In this document: positions 41,261 through 51,346 of the stretch, piece after piece
How the letters are laid out: every line of letters begins with the position of its first letter
Numbering within the stretch: the stretch's first letter is position 1
Source of the DNA: a virus
Virus record (IMG/VR): IMGVR_UViG_3300033153_007277
Span: 6,208 to 70,207 of that record
Reading direction: 5' to 3' (one strand)
Length of the DNA stretch: 64,000 bases
Position numbers and translations under genes: made by a program
The notes under the pieces: model-generated
What the model was told of the DNA's origin: nothing
Databases searched by the model: none
The model's input: the letters and a program-made list of their open reading frames with translations, nothing else

Positions 41261-43471
41261 CTATTGTTGTTGATTTTTTCTATCTTCTCTTTCGTTTTTA
41301 GCCCCTTCCTTAAGTAGGATTGATTCAGTTGCATGATCTCTGTCTAATTGCTTATTAGCATTTTCGTTATCAACCATTGCTTGCTGACTATCGACAGCCA
41401 TCTGCTGTTGCTGAGCTGCTTGCTGTTGCATGATTTGATTTTGCTGTGCCATCATGTCTTGTTGGGCATTAGCTGCCTGAGATTTCTCTGCTTGGAACTC
41501 TCTCATTGATTTAGCTATCATATCTGCATCAGCTCTTCCGAATAAGTTAGCGAATCTGAATTGGTCAATTAATCCTGCTTGAACAAGAGTAAACAGTAAT
41601 TGATTACCAGCTTGAATGGCAGATTTCTCGCCTTCAGCTCTTTCAATAAATATTTTAAACTCTTCAAGAGCAGTATCCTCAGTAAGGATTATATTTTTCA
41701 TTCCCCTATCTCCAGTGGCGATTGCCAATCTTCTAGGGTTATCGACATATATTCTTTTACCAACAGTAGCGATGTGCTGGTTGGCTTGCTTTAATATAGA
41801 TGTAAGTGCCCAATAAAAAGGTTCTTGAACTATAGATCCTCTTTGGATTTGAGATTCTATAACCCCAACAAGTTGGTCACTACCTCCTTGAGTACCTGTC
41901 ATTGCTTCATTAATACCCGTACTGTTTTGGACACCAGCCATAGTCTCTCTCATTATATTGAAAAGATTCATGGTTCCGGCCCCAATATTGCTTCCGTATT
42001 CACCAACTGAATTTTGAACAGAACCTGTTCTTGTGGTGTCAACAAATATAGGTTTAGATTTATTAACATTTCTCATTATAGTCTCCTCTCCATCTTGAGG
42101 ATCTACAGCGTCCTTAGCTATAACCGTTCCGCTTCCTCTAGAGTTGTTGATTTGAGACTCAGCAACTGATTTAAGACGGTTAATAAACCTTTGCGGATTA
42201 ATGGCATCATCTAACGGAGAAAGAACCTCTCCTTTGTCGTATGTCCATGTGTAGCATTTGTATGGAAATTGAACATTTGAAGGGCTCAATGCCTGTTTCT
42301 CTTGGTATTTAACTTCTCCGTATTCTAAAACTATATCACCTCTTCCAGATGCTGATCCTATCTCTTCTCTTGGAATAAAAATACAATACCTCAATATATC
42401 AACGTATATCTTATCCTTCTTCCTTTTGCCCATCTTCTTTTTATCCTTCTCAGTCGGTGGGTCAATAATATCTTTGTCAGTGTATTTAGATTCTTCATGA
42501 TTTATCCTAGTGTAGAATGGATAATCATAAGGATCCAATACCCAAGCATATTCTTGTTTCTCTGAATCTTTCCAATAGGTTTCATACACAGGGATCTTTG
42601 ATGTGGATGCCGTGTAATAATTATTGATTATTTTATGAATATCTAAAGAGCCATTAGTAGAATGATTTTCTAAAGCTAACCTGTCCTCTGCAGATATGTT
42701 TTGATACTTCTCAAATAAGGTTGGAGTGTCCATGTAATACCAGTCACCCATAAACTCAGAGTCACTAAGATCTGGTTTTTTAGCAGTCATGTCCCAGAAG
42801 AAAAACAAAGGATCCAATGCTTCACCCATGTACCTTCCATTTTGCTCATACCCTTTATAAATTCCAAGTCCAGATATAGACAAATGCCTAGTTATTTGAA
42901 CTTTTAATTCTTCCATGTCAATCTCTTTATTGACAAACTCAAGTAGGAAGTTAATATCTTCTTCATGAGTATCGATCCAAGAGTTTTCAAAAATCTCTTC
43001 GGTCTCTATTGGTGTTTTACCTAGGGGTATTCTATCTCTAATTACTTCGTTAAATTCCGGAACAGCCATTGATACTGCCTCATAGAATTTAAGTCGTTTT
43101 AATTCTTTTTCTCTTTGGTTTATAGCGAAGTCAGATGTAGCTTCAGCTTTAGCGTTGTAGGTTATTCTTATGGCATTACCAACATATTGGTTAACCATTG
43201 GACGGATAATATTCTCGGTCATTTTTAACCTGTTACGAATATCTCCAGATTCATCTAAAAAGAATGCTTCTAAATCCTCTTCAAAAATCCATTGACCATC
43301 TCCACCTTTATAGAAGCTCCAGTTGACTAATGTTTTCGTAACAAACCTTCTGTAAAGAGAATTATTGATGGTTTGTAGACACCATCTGCCAAACTTAACG
43401 TGATAGTCTTCGTTTTTCTTGTCGCTTAACCTGTTAGGTCTTTGTTGGTTTGTCTGTAGAAATAGTCCCAT
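41261..43471 (-). CDS. portal protein
   Basis: 736 aa; N.IRP.V...VG, D...PQ..IN, TG.NEA..G motifs; Gln-rich barrel tail typical of podovirus portals. Confidence 0.85.
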   Translation of the reverse strand: MGLFLQTNQQRPNRLSDKKNEDYHVKFGRWCLQTINNSLYRRFVTKTLVNWSFYKGGDGQWIFEEDLEAFFLDESGDIRNRLKMTENIIRPMVNQYVGNAIRITYNAKAEATSDFAINQREKELKRLKFYEAVSMAVPEFNEVIRDRIPLGKTPIETEEIFENSWIDTHEEDINFLLEFVNKEIDMEELKVQITRHLSISGLGIYKGYEQNGRYMGEALDPLFFFWDMTAKKPDLSDSEFMGDWYYMDTPTLFEKYQNISAEDRLALENHSTNGSLDIHKIINNYYTASTSKIPVYETYWKDSEKQEYAWVLDPYDYPFYTRINHEESKYTDKDIIDPPTEKDKKKMGKRKKDKIYVDILRYCIFIPREEIGSASGRGDIVLEYGEVKYQEKQALSPSNVQFPYKCYTWTYDKGEVLSPLDDAINPQRFINRLKSVAESQINNSRGSGTVIAKDAVDPQDGEETIMRNVNKSKPIFVDTTRTGSVQNSVGEYGSNIGAGTMNLFNIMRETMAGVQNSTGINEAMTGTQGGSDQLVGVIESQIQRGSIVQEPFYWALTSILKQANQHIATVGKRIYVDNPRRLAIATGDRGMKNIILTEDTALEEFKIFIERAEGEKSAIQAGNQLLFTLVQAGLIDQFRFANLFGRADADMIAKSMREFQAEKSQAANAQQDMMAQQNQIMQQQAAQQQQMAVDSQQAMVDNENANKQLDRDHATESILLKEGAKNEREDRKNQQQ

Positions 43472-44055
43472 TAGTCTTTAAGTCTATCAGTGTGCTCAGA
43501 TAAGTTAGTTAACACAATTCCTGTTTTATTTTTCTTTTTGAGTTTTACGCCATAACCACTTTCCATTCGGGAAATTAATTCTGGCATCTCAGAAGAAATT
43601 TTAATCGACAGTTCGGCATATTTCTTTTTACCGTCAGCATCCAACTTCATTGCTGTTTCCTCATCTTCATTTAAAACTACTAAGCCATTAAGCATGTTAA
43701 AGATGTACTCATCCATCCATTTAGCTTGAAGCCTATATGTTGGAGTAAATGACTTAAACCTACTAACTCCAGCAACTATCTTGTCTGGAGGGTTCATTGC
43801 TAAAACTTCTTTTACAACTTTGTCGTATTCTCTTGCTCTATCGTCATAACAAGCTGAAACTGCTGCTTCAACTTTAGCTGTTCCTTTTAACTTACTTTTA
43901 GCTAATGGACTGGTAGAGTTTCCGAGGTACCAACATAATTTAACCTCTCTAACAGTTAAACTATCAAACTCACTAAAAGCCTTGAGTTCAGGATAGTCTT
44001 TCAACATATCACTGCCTGAAGGCTCGAACATAGTTAAGTCAAAGTCTTTACTCAT
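43471..44055 (-). CDS. hypothetical protein
   Basis: 194 aa, coupled to portal start. Confidence 0.65.
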   Translation of the reverse strand: MSKDFDLTMFEPSGSDMLKDYPELKAFSEFDSLTVREVKLCWYLGNSTSPLAKSKLKGTAKVEAAVSACYDDRAREYDKVVKEVLAMNPPDKIVAGVSRFKSFTPTYRLQAKWMDEYIFNMLNGLVVLNEDEETAMKLDADGKKKYAELSIKISSEMPELISRMESGYGVKLKKKNKTGIVLTNLSEHTDRLKD

Positions 44056-44228
44056 TAAAAGCTAACTTTTTTTCCTGTTTTTGGATCTACCATGCTAACA
44101 GTTCTCGTTTTAACCTTCTTTTTCTTTTTCTTTGCGTTTTTCTTCTCGTTCTTGTCACCAGGTCCACCTTCAGAGCGAACTCCGTGCTTAGCTAAAGAGT
44201 TTTGGGCATTTTCACTTGTATATAGCAT
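44055..44228 (-). CDS. small Lys-rich protein (57 aa, MLYTSENAQ...)
   Basis: Read manually; its stop overlaps the next ATG. Confidence 0.5.
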   Translation of the reverse strand: MLYTSENAQNSLAKHGVRSEGGPGDKNEKKNAKKKKKKVKTRTVSMVDPKTGKKVSF

Positions 44229-44245
44229 AATAATTATTTTTAGTT

Positions 44246-44273
44246 AAAATAGAGGGAGGTTGCAGCCTCCCTC
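44246..44273 (-). terminator. intrinsic terminator
   Basis: GAGGGAGGC/ACCTCCCTC hairpin then TATTTT on - strand. Confidence 0.7.
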
Positions 44274-44289
44274 ATTGATTAGTTAAAAC

Positions 44290-45063
44290 CTACAGTCCTA
44301 AGTAGTCAGCAGCTGGAGTGTGAGTTCCAGCCAATACTGCATCTAACTCAGTTTCAAAAGCAGCGTAGTTAGTAGCTCCTGTATCAGCGAAGATATATAC
44401 ATACTCATCTTTACGAGATTCCATTCCAGAAACACCTGAGTGCTTGTAATAGTGCTTGTAATCGATTTTCCAAGTAGTATATGTAGCTGTTGGGCTAGAT
44501 TGTGTTGGAGCGAATCCTTCAACGATTGCTGGAGTTCCTGCTGGAGCTACATAAGGAGTAACAACATTTTCAGTAACACCTGGTTCTTGTTCAGTTCTGA
44601 AGTCACCTTCATCAACAGAGTCAAGAGTTAATCTTAATTTAGCAGAAACAACAGTTGCTGTAACATCTGCGCTTGGATCAAGATTAATTCTGTCAGCCAT
44701 TAACTGAGCTAATTCAGTTGCTGATGGAGCCGAAGATCCAGTAGAAACAACATACTCTCTAATCGGAATTAACTGATTAGCTTCTTTTCCTCCACCATTG
44801 AAATCGATTCTTCCATCGATAATAACAGCAGTTCTGTACTGAGAATCACCAGCTAAAACAGCAGCAGCGAAATCATAATCCTTTACAGATACAGTTCCTG
44901 CAGCGTAAGCTGTTTTAGTCGAACCTTCTCCGTCAACTAACTTCACCTCTTCCAAGATGTCGACAGATCCGTCATTTAAACTTAATTTTCCTCCTGACAA
45001 TACAACGTCAGCGGCAGCAGCTTGAATAGTATTCAATACTGCTAAATCTTTTGGTACATGCAT
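44290..45063 (-). CDS. probable auxiliary capsid/decoration protein
   Basis: Ala/Thr/Val-rich; has its own promoter and terminator. Confidence 0.6.
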   Translation of the reverse strand: MHVPKDLAVLNTIQAAAADVVLSGGKLSLNDGSVDILEEVKLVDGEGSTKTAYAAGTVSVKDYDFAAAVLAGDSQYRTAVIIDGRIDFNGGGKEANQLIPIREYVVSTGSSAPSATELAQLMADRINLDPSADVTATVVSAKLRLTLDSVDEGDFRTEQEPGVTENVVTPYVAPAGTPAIVEGFAPTQSSPTATYTTWKIDYKHYYKHSGVSGMESRKDEYVYIFADTGATNYAAFETELDAVLAGTHTPAADYLGL

Positions 45064-45146
45064 GATAATTTTGTTTTGTACACAGATGGTTTATTTTCCA
45101 TCAGTGAAAGTTTATAAAAATAAAACTCTACACAGTGTAGATTCTA

Positions 45147-45154
45147 CAAATATA
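45147..45154 (-). promoter_or_regulatory. Bacteroidota -7 element
   Basis: TATATTTG right after the terminase stop. Confidence 0.55.
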
Positions 45155-45160
45155 TAAATT

Positions 45161-47230
45161 TTAACTTAAATACCTCTTTACCTCCCCTGTTTTAATATTA
45201 ACCTCAGCTTTTTTAAGCTCAAAATTAGTTTCTCTATTCTGAACATATCTGATTTCAAATTTCTTTGCTTTATCTCCTGTAACTAGTTGAGGCTGATATT
45301 TTGAGTGAGCTTTTGCATTGATATAAGCAAACACAGAAGAGAATATGGCATCATCAAAATCATACCTCATATCAGCAGCTTGGAAACGAGTCTGCCTACC
45401 TGTAGTTGATTTCAAATCTTTTTCTACAAATGTTTTTAGCTGCAGGAACACCCATGGAATAAAGATATTAGGAGCGTATGACTCCATCATTTCTATTATC
45501 TGATTAGTTATCTTTCCAGCTGTATTGGCTCTATTGGCAATACCCCACCAAGAACTAGAAGGAGTCTGTAGCCACGGAGGAAGAGCTTTATTAGGAACCT
45601 GCCTTCTTCCGAATCCTGTCATGTCTTCGATGTCTTGATAGTTTGCTCCAATATTACTTTCTATAAGTTCCGGAACTCCCATTCTTTTTTCCCTATCGTA
45701 GTAAATTCCCTGGAGAATACATTGCAGATAACACTCCTTGTAATCTCTAATTCTCCAAAATACTACGCTAGATATAGTGTTCATTTCAGCATCCCATATA
45801 GCTCCAGACATCTTAGAATGCCCAGTTTCTGAGTTGATGGGGTCAATCCCTTGATAATACCTCCATTTCCAGATTTCTTTTGAAGGATCTGGTGGATGTT
45901 TAAATATACAAGCTGTAGTTCTTTCATCTTCCATTCCGGAAGAGGGAACCCATATAGCGTCCTTTATCCTGAACTCATAATGACCATCTGGAGTTGGAGA
46001 AGTAGTGTCGTATATCGGTTCGAAGTAACCATACTGTATTTGGTCGTTGCCTTTTAAATTATAAATTCTGTTAAGATGACTATTACATTCATCAAGAGGA
46101 ATCAAGGTTTTTGCATCCCTTGAGAACATGTCATCGATGGTTATTGGGTAGTGCTGATGGAACTTAACTTTATGTTTAGACCCTTTGGAATAGTATGCTC
46201 TTTTTTCAGATTCATATATCGCTTTTGTCACACCGTTTCTAGCGTATGCATCAAAGAATAATGGTATTATACCATATTTAAAATCTCTTTCTCTCCACGA
46301 CTTTAAAGTTGCCTTAAATTCAAGTTCGAAGGCAGCCCCACCTTTTTTCATTTCTCCACCTGTACCCCAAGCAAAAAGCTGTCTTCTGATTTTCATTTTA
46401 CCATCAGCTGGATCGAAGAAGAACAGTGTTGGACGCCCCTCTGTAATCATCTCAGAGAACACATCTCCTTCGAATAATCCAATCTCATCAACGAATGTTA
46501 CCTGTGGAGATCCACCGTTAATTGCATCTACAGCTGGAGTACAAACCTCAATACGAGATGAAGCTCCATCAATTTCTGCTGTTTTTCTATCTCTCTCTTC
46601 AAGCGATAATGTAGTTGCAGAGAAGTTGTGGGCCTTATGCCTTAACCATTTTGGAATGGATTTACCGAACCCCCATTGGATTTTATCTCTAAATATCTCC
46701 TCCCCTTTATCTTTACTGTGAGTAACAAACTTAGCGTAATAACTATTATGGAAGTTAATTGCTGACTGAGCTATAAGACCCATGGTTGTGGTAAAACCAA
46801 CCTGTCTTGCCTTACCGATTATACATGAATATCCACAATCGAAAAAGAATACTATAAGCTCCTGAGCTTCCCAAGCCTTGTAGTCGATAAAACCCGAAGA
46901 CACATCACCTTCTTTTATTTTCCCGTATTTGTTACAGAAGTAAAGTGAATTTTCCCTACACCTGTAATATTCCTGAATAATGTAATCTCCCTGCTCTTCT
47001 TCGGTATTGTAATTTAGAATATCATCGTTCTCTTCAATCCACTGCTTCGCCTGTTCTCTATACAGATCGAACGGCTTGTATTGAAGTTTATTTCTCCATC
47101 CTTTATTGATTGAATCCACCCACCTAACGAAGGATTTTGGATAATCCATCGGCTCATGAGAAGGCATCCATTCGGACGTTTTTATTTTCCTTGGTTTACT
47201 GGGCTCGGTGTCTGGGAAAGGTAAACTCAT
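45161..47230 (-). CDS. terL: terminase large subunit
   Basis: Walker A GKARQVGFTT, Walker B TFVDEIG, RNase H GIDP, LIESN, DD.I. Confidence 0.9.
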   Translation of the reverse strand: MSLPFPDTEPSKPRKIKTSEWMPSHEPMDYPKSFVRWVDSINKGWRNKLQYKPFDLYREQAKQWIEENDDILNYNTEEEQGDYIIQEYYRCRENSLYFCNKYGKIKEGDVSSGFIDYKAWEAQELIVFFFDCGYSCIIGKARQVGFTTTMGLIAQSAINFHNSYYAKFVTHSKDKGEEIFRDKIQWGFGKSIPKWLRHKAHNFSATTLSLEERDRKTAEIDGASSRIEVCTPAVDAINGGSPQVTFVDEIGLFEGDVFSEMITEGRPTLFFFDPADGKMKIRRQLFAWGTGGEMKKGGAAFELEFKATLKSWRERDFKYGIIPLFFDAYARNGVTKAIYESEKRAYYSKGSKHKVKFHQHYPITIDDMFSRDAKTLIPLDECNSHLNRIYNLKGNDQIQYGYFEPIYDTTSPTPDGHYEFRIKDAIWVPSSGMEDERTTACIFKHPPDPSKEIWKWRYYQGIDPINSETGHSKMSGAIWDAEMNTISSVVFWRIRDYKECYLQCILQGIYYDREKRMGVPELIESNIGANYQDIEDMTGFGRRQVPNKALPPWLQTPSSSWWGIANRANTAGKITNQIIEMMESYAPNIFIPWVFLQLKTFVEKDLKSTTGRQTRFQAADMRYDFDDAIFSSVFAYINAKAHSKYQPQLVTGDKAKKFEIRYVQNRETNFELKKAEVNIKTGEVKRYLS

Positions 47231-47778
47231 TATATATCTTCAGTGTCAATCTTCTCAATTCCCATTTTTTCCTCGAAATCTTTGAGTCTGATTTTCGAAA
47301 GAGATATATGGCCTTTCCAAAATATAGCGGGATTTACATGATACACATTTTTACCTCTCTTCCCTGTAATAGCTATTGCCCCAAACTCTCTAAGTTGCCT
47401 CATAGATAAAACAACTGTTTTTCCTGACATTCCTAGTTTTTCTGCCAACTTTCTGTAGGAAATATCAAAGGCGTAGTTCTCGAATTTAGTCCTACTGGCA
47501 ATGTATAGTAAAATTTTTACGGAGCTGCCAGAAAGATTTTTCATTAAATCCTCTATTGGATCCTGATGCATGGAGATGAATGTTAGTCCATCTCTTTTTC
47601 CATTACGTATCTTCTTAGCTATCCTGCTGGCATCTTCTCCGATAAGTACAGCTACTGGGGTTGTTTCTCCTGTAACCTTATTTATAAAATACAAGGTATC
47701 TGGAGCAACATCCATGTCTTTCAATCGATCAAGCTGATTATAGAGTATGTGGTATGAGTTCTTAAGTGTTTTTGGCAT
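47230..47778 (-). CDS. RepL-like winged-HTH DNA-binding protein
   Basis: SYRKLAEKLGMSGKTV...L...G.I and YHVNPAIFWKG. Confidence 0.65.
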   Translation of the reverse strand: MPKTLKNSYHILYNQLDRLKDMDVAPDTLYFINKVTGETTPVAVLIGEDASRIAKKIRNGKRDGLTFISMHQDPIEDLMKNLSGSSVKILLYIASRTKFENYAFDISYRKLAEKLGMSGKTVVLSMRQLREFGAIAITGKRGKNVYHVNPAIFWKGHISLSKIRLKDFEEKMGIEKIDTEDI

Positions 47779-48091
47779 CTTTTGATAATATCAATCTCTT
47801 CAGGCTTTTTTGTATTTTTAATAAGTAACCCTGCTTCACCTTATGGGTTTTATTCTCTAATTGAAGCATTGCCTTCACAGCTCTGAGAAACTCTTCTGGT
47901 ACCATATCTGCTTTAAGTCGGTTACAGTCGCCACATGCCGGAACACTATTCCTGTTGGCACGGATGCCATCACGAGATTCTGGTATTAAATGGTCTTTTG
48001 TACGGGAAAACTCGTCGATACTGCGCTTACAATAGTAGCACTTCGTAAGATCAATATCAACGCGATGTCCGTATATCTTTTTTCCTTTCAC
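47762..48091 (-). CDS. HNH endonuclease (terminase-proximal)
   Basis: CYYC...TKDHLIPESRDG...N.VPAC..CN..K. Confidence 0.85.
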   Translation of the reverse strand: MKGKKIYGHRVDIDLTKCYYCKRSIDEFSRTKDHLIPESRDGIRANRNSVPACGDCNRLKADMVPEEFLRAVKAMLQLENKTHKVKQGYLLKIQKSLKRLILSKDAKNT

Positions 48092-48489
48092 TAAGAGATT
48101 TTCTTCAGCTCAGCTAACCAATCTGGCATTAAAACTTCAGAATCAGAAACCATCTCAATCTGATTTTTATTCAACCAAACTTCAGTTCCTTTGAAACTCA
48201 AACAAACATCAAGATTTCTTTCGTGAACAACCTCTTTAAACTTCAATTTAACGTGCCCATCTTTAGTAGATGCAGCTTCAGGTTGTTTTTCAGTACTGGG
48301 AGGCACCGAAGGAATTGCTTTCTCCATTGCAGCGACAACTCTATTTTCGAAATTTGCACCTCTAGAGCTAATTCCAAGCTTGTCTCCAATGTTTTTAATG
48401 ATCTCCTTTGTGGTATCTGCTTTATCAACAATTACCTTTAGTTTTTTAGCAGCAAGAGTCCATTCTGCTTTATTTTTTGGTTTTGCCAT
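48091..48489 (-). CDS. hypothetical protein
   Basis: ATG at 48489 (MAKPKNK) avoids overlap with the upstream gene. Confidence 0.6.
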   Translation of the reverse strand: MAKPKNKAEWTLAAKKLKVIVDKADTTKEIIKNIGDKLGISSRGANFENRVVAAMEKAIPSVPPSTEKQPEAASTKDGHVKLKFKEVVHERNLDVCLSFKGTEVWLNKNQIEMVSDSEVLMPDWLAELKKIS

Positions 48490-48517
48490 GACTTTTTTGG
48501 TGTAAATATAGTTATTT

Positions 48518-48859
48518 TTATTTTTTGATAATTCCGACCTCTTGTTTGATGATTTTCTGCTTTCCTTCTTCAGCAGCTTTTTGTTCATCCATTTTTTCAG
48601 CCATTGCCATAATAGTCATTCGAACTCCTGACTGTAAAACCATCATGTGCATTTTATCTATCAATGCTTTTGCTGGGGTTTTACCGGGAGCTACAACTCT
48701 CATGAGCGGAGCGTCTTTGTAGTGTTCCGGATCACCTCCTTCCGGTACGCTTGGCTTTAGCATTAGCCAAATGTATTTCTCTTCTTTGTTTTCGGAAGTT
48801 TCGATTTTAGCGTAAGTTCCTGTGTGGGCTATAAGCCCGTTAAATGTTCCTAATGTCAT
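48518..48859 (-). CDS. hypothetical protein
   Basis: ATG ORF in operon. Confidence 0.65.
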   Translation of the reverse strand: MTLGTFNGLIAHTGTYAKIETSENKEEKYIWLMLKPSVPEGGDPEHYKDAPLMRVVAPGKTPAKALIDKMHMMVLQSGVRMTIMAMAEKMDEQKAAEEGKQKIIKQEVGIIKK

Positions 48860-48871
48860 TTCTTTTGATTT

Positions 48872-49213
48872 TTATTGATTGATTTTCTTGATGTGTGAAT
48901 ATACCAGCTCAAATATCAAACTGAATAGTATTTTTATTAAAACGAATTTATAGATCCAATTGTCAAATTGAATTGCAATAGCTAATTGCCAACTAGTATG
49001 GAACATGAATTGGAAGAAGTGCCATCCATCAGTAGTCCAGACAAAGATTGTTGTAGATCCCGGGAAGGCTGGTCCATTTTCTTTTTTCCCTAATTTGTAT
49101 TTATTTTTTGAACCCGTAGCTTTATCCCAGTACCCATTAAATTTCCCCTCAGACGATAAATCCATTAAGGCATTTGAAACAGCTGCTATAATGAGTAATA
49201 CGATTATTATCAT
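48872..49213 (-). CDS. conserved phage membrane protein
   Basis: NA.MD, FPGSTT, TDGWHF motifs with TM helices. Confidence 0.65.
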   Translation of the reverse strand: MIIIVLLIIAAVSNALMDLSSEGKFNGYWDKATGSKNKYKLGKKENGPAFPGSTTIFVWTTDGWHFFQFMFHTSWQLAIAIQFDNWIYKFVLIKILFSLIFELVYSHIKKINQ

Positions 49214-49431
49214 TTGTTTTTTCTATAAATTAACCAAACTCTCAAAATAGCCAGGAATATTATGAACGAAAGAAATACTATAACACCTTCAAGAACGTAG
49301 GGGTCAAAGTCTTCTCTAGTTTGATATGATACGATTATTCCTAGAGATGCCATTCCACAGATGATGTAAATGGAGATTACGTTTCGGGGAGTGTCTGAGA
49401 GAAATTCCCAGAATGAGGTGTATTTTTTCAT
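49210..49431 (-). CDS. small two-TM membrane protein
   Basis: Two hydrophobic helices. Confidence 0.6.
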   Translation of the reverse strand: MKKYTSFWEFLSDTPRNVISIYIICGMASLGIIVSYQTREDFDPYVLEGVIVFLSFIIFLAILRVWLIYRKNK

Positions 49432-50591
49432 ATTTTTCCTTTTAATTCTTTTGCTTTATCTAGATACCATTTCTCTTTACCCATCTCCTGATCAACACCA
49501 TCTTTATGCCCCAACCTCATTCTATACTTGAAGGCAGTCATTTCGCAGTACCAAGCGGTTTTCTCTGGACCCCAGATCTTTTCCATCATCTCGATTGCTT
49601 CGAAGGGATATTGCTTGTAGTGGGAAGGATTAATTACATCCTCTCTGGTGTCTGTTCTAACAAGTATAGGTGGACGCTTTTTCGAACTTTCCATTTGCTT
49701 TTTAATCGATTCGGCTATGTTGAATTTTGCCATGGGATGTTCAGTGAGGAAGAGATCGGTATCGGCTATGCCAGTGTAGTTGATTGGAGAATCATCCTCT
49801 ATGTTTGAAATTATTTCAGCGAATTTACCATTACTCCGTAGCAAAACACCATAATCTCTAGCAACGAACCAGACTTCTGATTCTTTTTCATCATAACAAT
49901 ACTCACCAACACAGTAAACGTTTCTATCTTCTTTAGTTTTGAGACATTTAACTATTTCTGCATTTTTGTAAAATTCTCTAACCCCTCTCATAATCGATTC
50001 TACTTTCAATTGAGCAGGTGTTGATTTCGAAAGAACGGGATTAGATTTTGCTGTATCATGCATCGCAAGAATAGTTTCTCTAGAATATCCTGAAACAATA
50101 ATATTTACACCTCCAATTTTTTCAACTATTATTTTAGCATATTTACCATTACGGTAAACCGTGACGTAAGGGTCGTTAATTCCAAACCCTTTGGGCTGGA
50201 ATAAAACCATGTTATTTCCAGAAGTACTAAAAGTGCCACCTTCAATTTTATATGGCATATTATTGTCGATACATGCAATCTTAATAGAATGCTTGAAATA
50301 TGTTTTAACATCATCAAGTAAGCTAAGGATTGCGATTGGAGACTCTTCTTCTGAAGGACCACGTAATTCTCTACCGTAAGCTACAGTGGCCCAATCACCA
50401 TTTTCATGCATTAAAGGAGTTTTGTTTTTGCCTTCAATGTAATACAGCACATCATTGAAGTATCCTATACTCATGTCTGTAGGTAAGTCGACAATCTTAC
50501 CAGTAAGAGGACATGCTATAGCTCCAACATTACTGAATTTTGAATAAGCAACATCAAGCAACTTTTTCTGATCTTTTTCTGGTATTATCAT
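49428..50591 (-). CDS. repeat protein with C-terminal DUF3310 (T7 gp1.7-like) domain
   Basis: DVINPSHY...EAIE...AFKY..R.G.K...K..WYL; three N-terminal repeats; start taken at MIIPEK. Confidence 0.7.
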   Translation of the reverse strand: MIIPEKDQKKLLDVAYSKFSNVGAIACPLTGKIVDLPTDMSIGYFNDVLYYIEGKNKTPLMHENGDWATVAYGRELRGPSEEESPIAILSLLDDVKTYFKHSIKIACIDNNMPYKIEGGTFSTSGNNMVLFQPKGFGINDPYVTVYRNGKYAKIIVEKIGGVNIIVSGYSRETILAMHDTAKSNPVLSKSTPAQLKVESIMRGVREFYKNAEIVKCLKTKEDRNVYCVGEYCYDEKESEVWFVARDYGVLLRSNGKFAEIISNIEDDSPINYTGIADTDLFLTEHPMAKFNIAESIKKQMESSKKRPPILVRTDTREDVINPSHYKQYPFEAIEMMEKIWGPEKTAWYCEMTAFKYRMRLGHKDGVDQEMGKEKWYLDKAKELKGKI

Positions 50592-50695
50592 ATTTGATTT
50601 CAATTTTATCGTTACCATAGAAACCAAATCGAGCCCCTCTTACTCTGATGGAAGCCGACTTAATACTATTTGTAACTTGGGTTAACATTTATTTT

Positions 50696-51025
50696 TTAAT
50701 GATATACTTTTTTGAATATATAAGCTCTGTTGGTTTTCTTTTCCAACCAAAAAGATAGCTTATCAGGAACAGGAATCGATACAGCCCACCTCAAATAAGG
50801 AAGTATCCCAATTACACCAATACCCCAGTGTCCTGAACAAACTACTGATAGCTCTAAATTAAAACTATCAAGTATCCAAAACTTAAAAAACAACCAATGG
50901 AAGCTAAAAGACCTAGTGTTATGTTTGTCTGATTTTCTTTTAACTACATTTGGAAGCAGTGGAAATTTATTACTTCTATACCAGGTTGGTTTTCTATAGT
51001 TTTCATTTTCTTTTACGTTACTCAT
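50696..51025 (-). CDS. hypothetical protein
   Basis: ATG ORF, aromatic-rich. Confidence 0.55.
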   Translation of the reverse strand: MSNVKENENYRKPTWYRSNKFPLLPNVVKRKSDKHNTRSFSFHWLFFKFWILDSFNLELSVVCSGHWGIGVIGILPYLRWAVSIPVPDKLSFWLEKKTNRAYIFKKVYH

Positions 51026-51028
51026 AAT

Positions 51029-51196
51029 TTATTTTTCAATTATTTTTACCATTATTGCGGTTGCCCTCACATCACCTTGATGAACTGTCTCACTGTAAGA
51101 TTTTATCACAAAACCTTTTTTGCCATTTTCATTTAATGCATCTTGGAGATCTTCGAGTTTGTCGGTGTGTATTACGATATGTTCGGCTTCTTTCAT
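51029..51196 (-). CDS. small protein (55 aa), DUF4177-like
   Basis: Read manually: L...LNE.G..GF motif. Confidence 0.5.
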   Translation of the reverse strand: MKEAEHIVIHTDKLEDLQDALNENGKKGFVIKSYSETVHQGDVRATAIMVKIIEK

Positions 51197-51270
51197 AATT
51201 TCAATCTAAAAAGAATTAGGTGGGTTTTTTTAAGTTTGGCGTCCCACCTTCTTCCCTATCTTACTCGTTA

Positions 51271-51346
51271 GAACGATTAGCAGGATTCGAACCTAATACG
51301 AACTATTTCTAGATCAGCCATCACCAACTCGGCATCTCTAATCGTT
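51271..51346 (-). ncRNA. tRNA-like RNA with the anticodon arm capped by a GAAA tetraloop
   Basis: AACGATTAG/CTAATCGTT stem; D arm GCC-GAGTTGGTGAT-GGC; T arm TAGG-TTCGAAT-CCTG. Confidence 0.6.
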
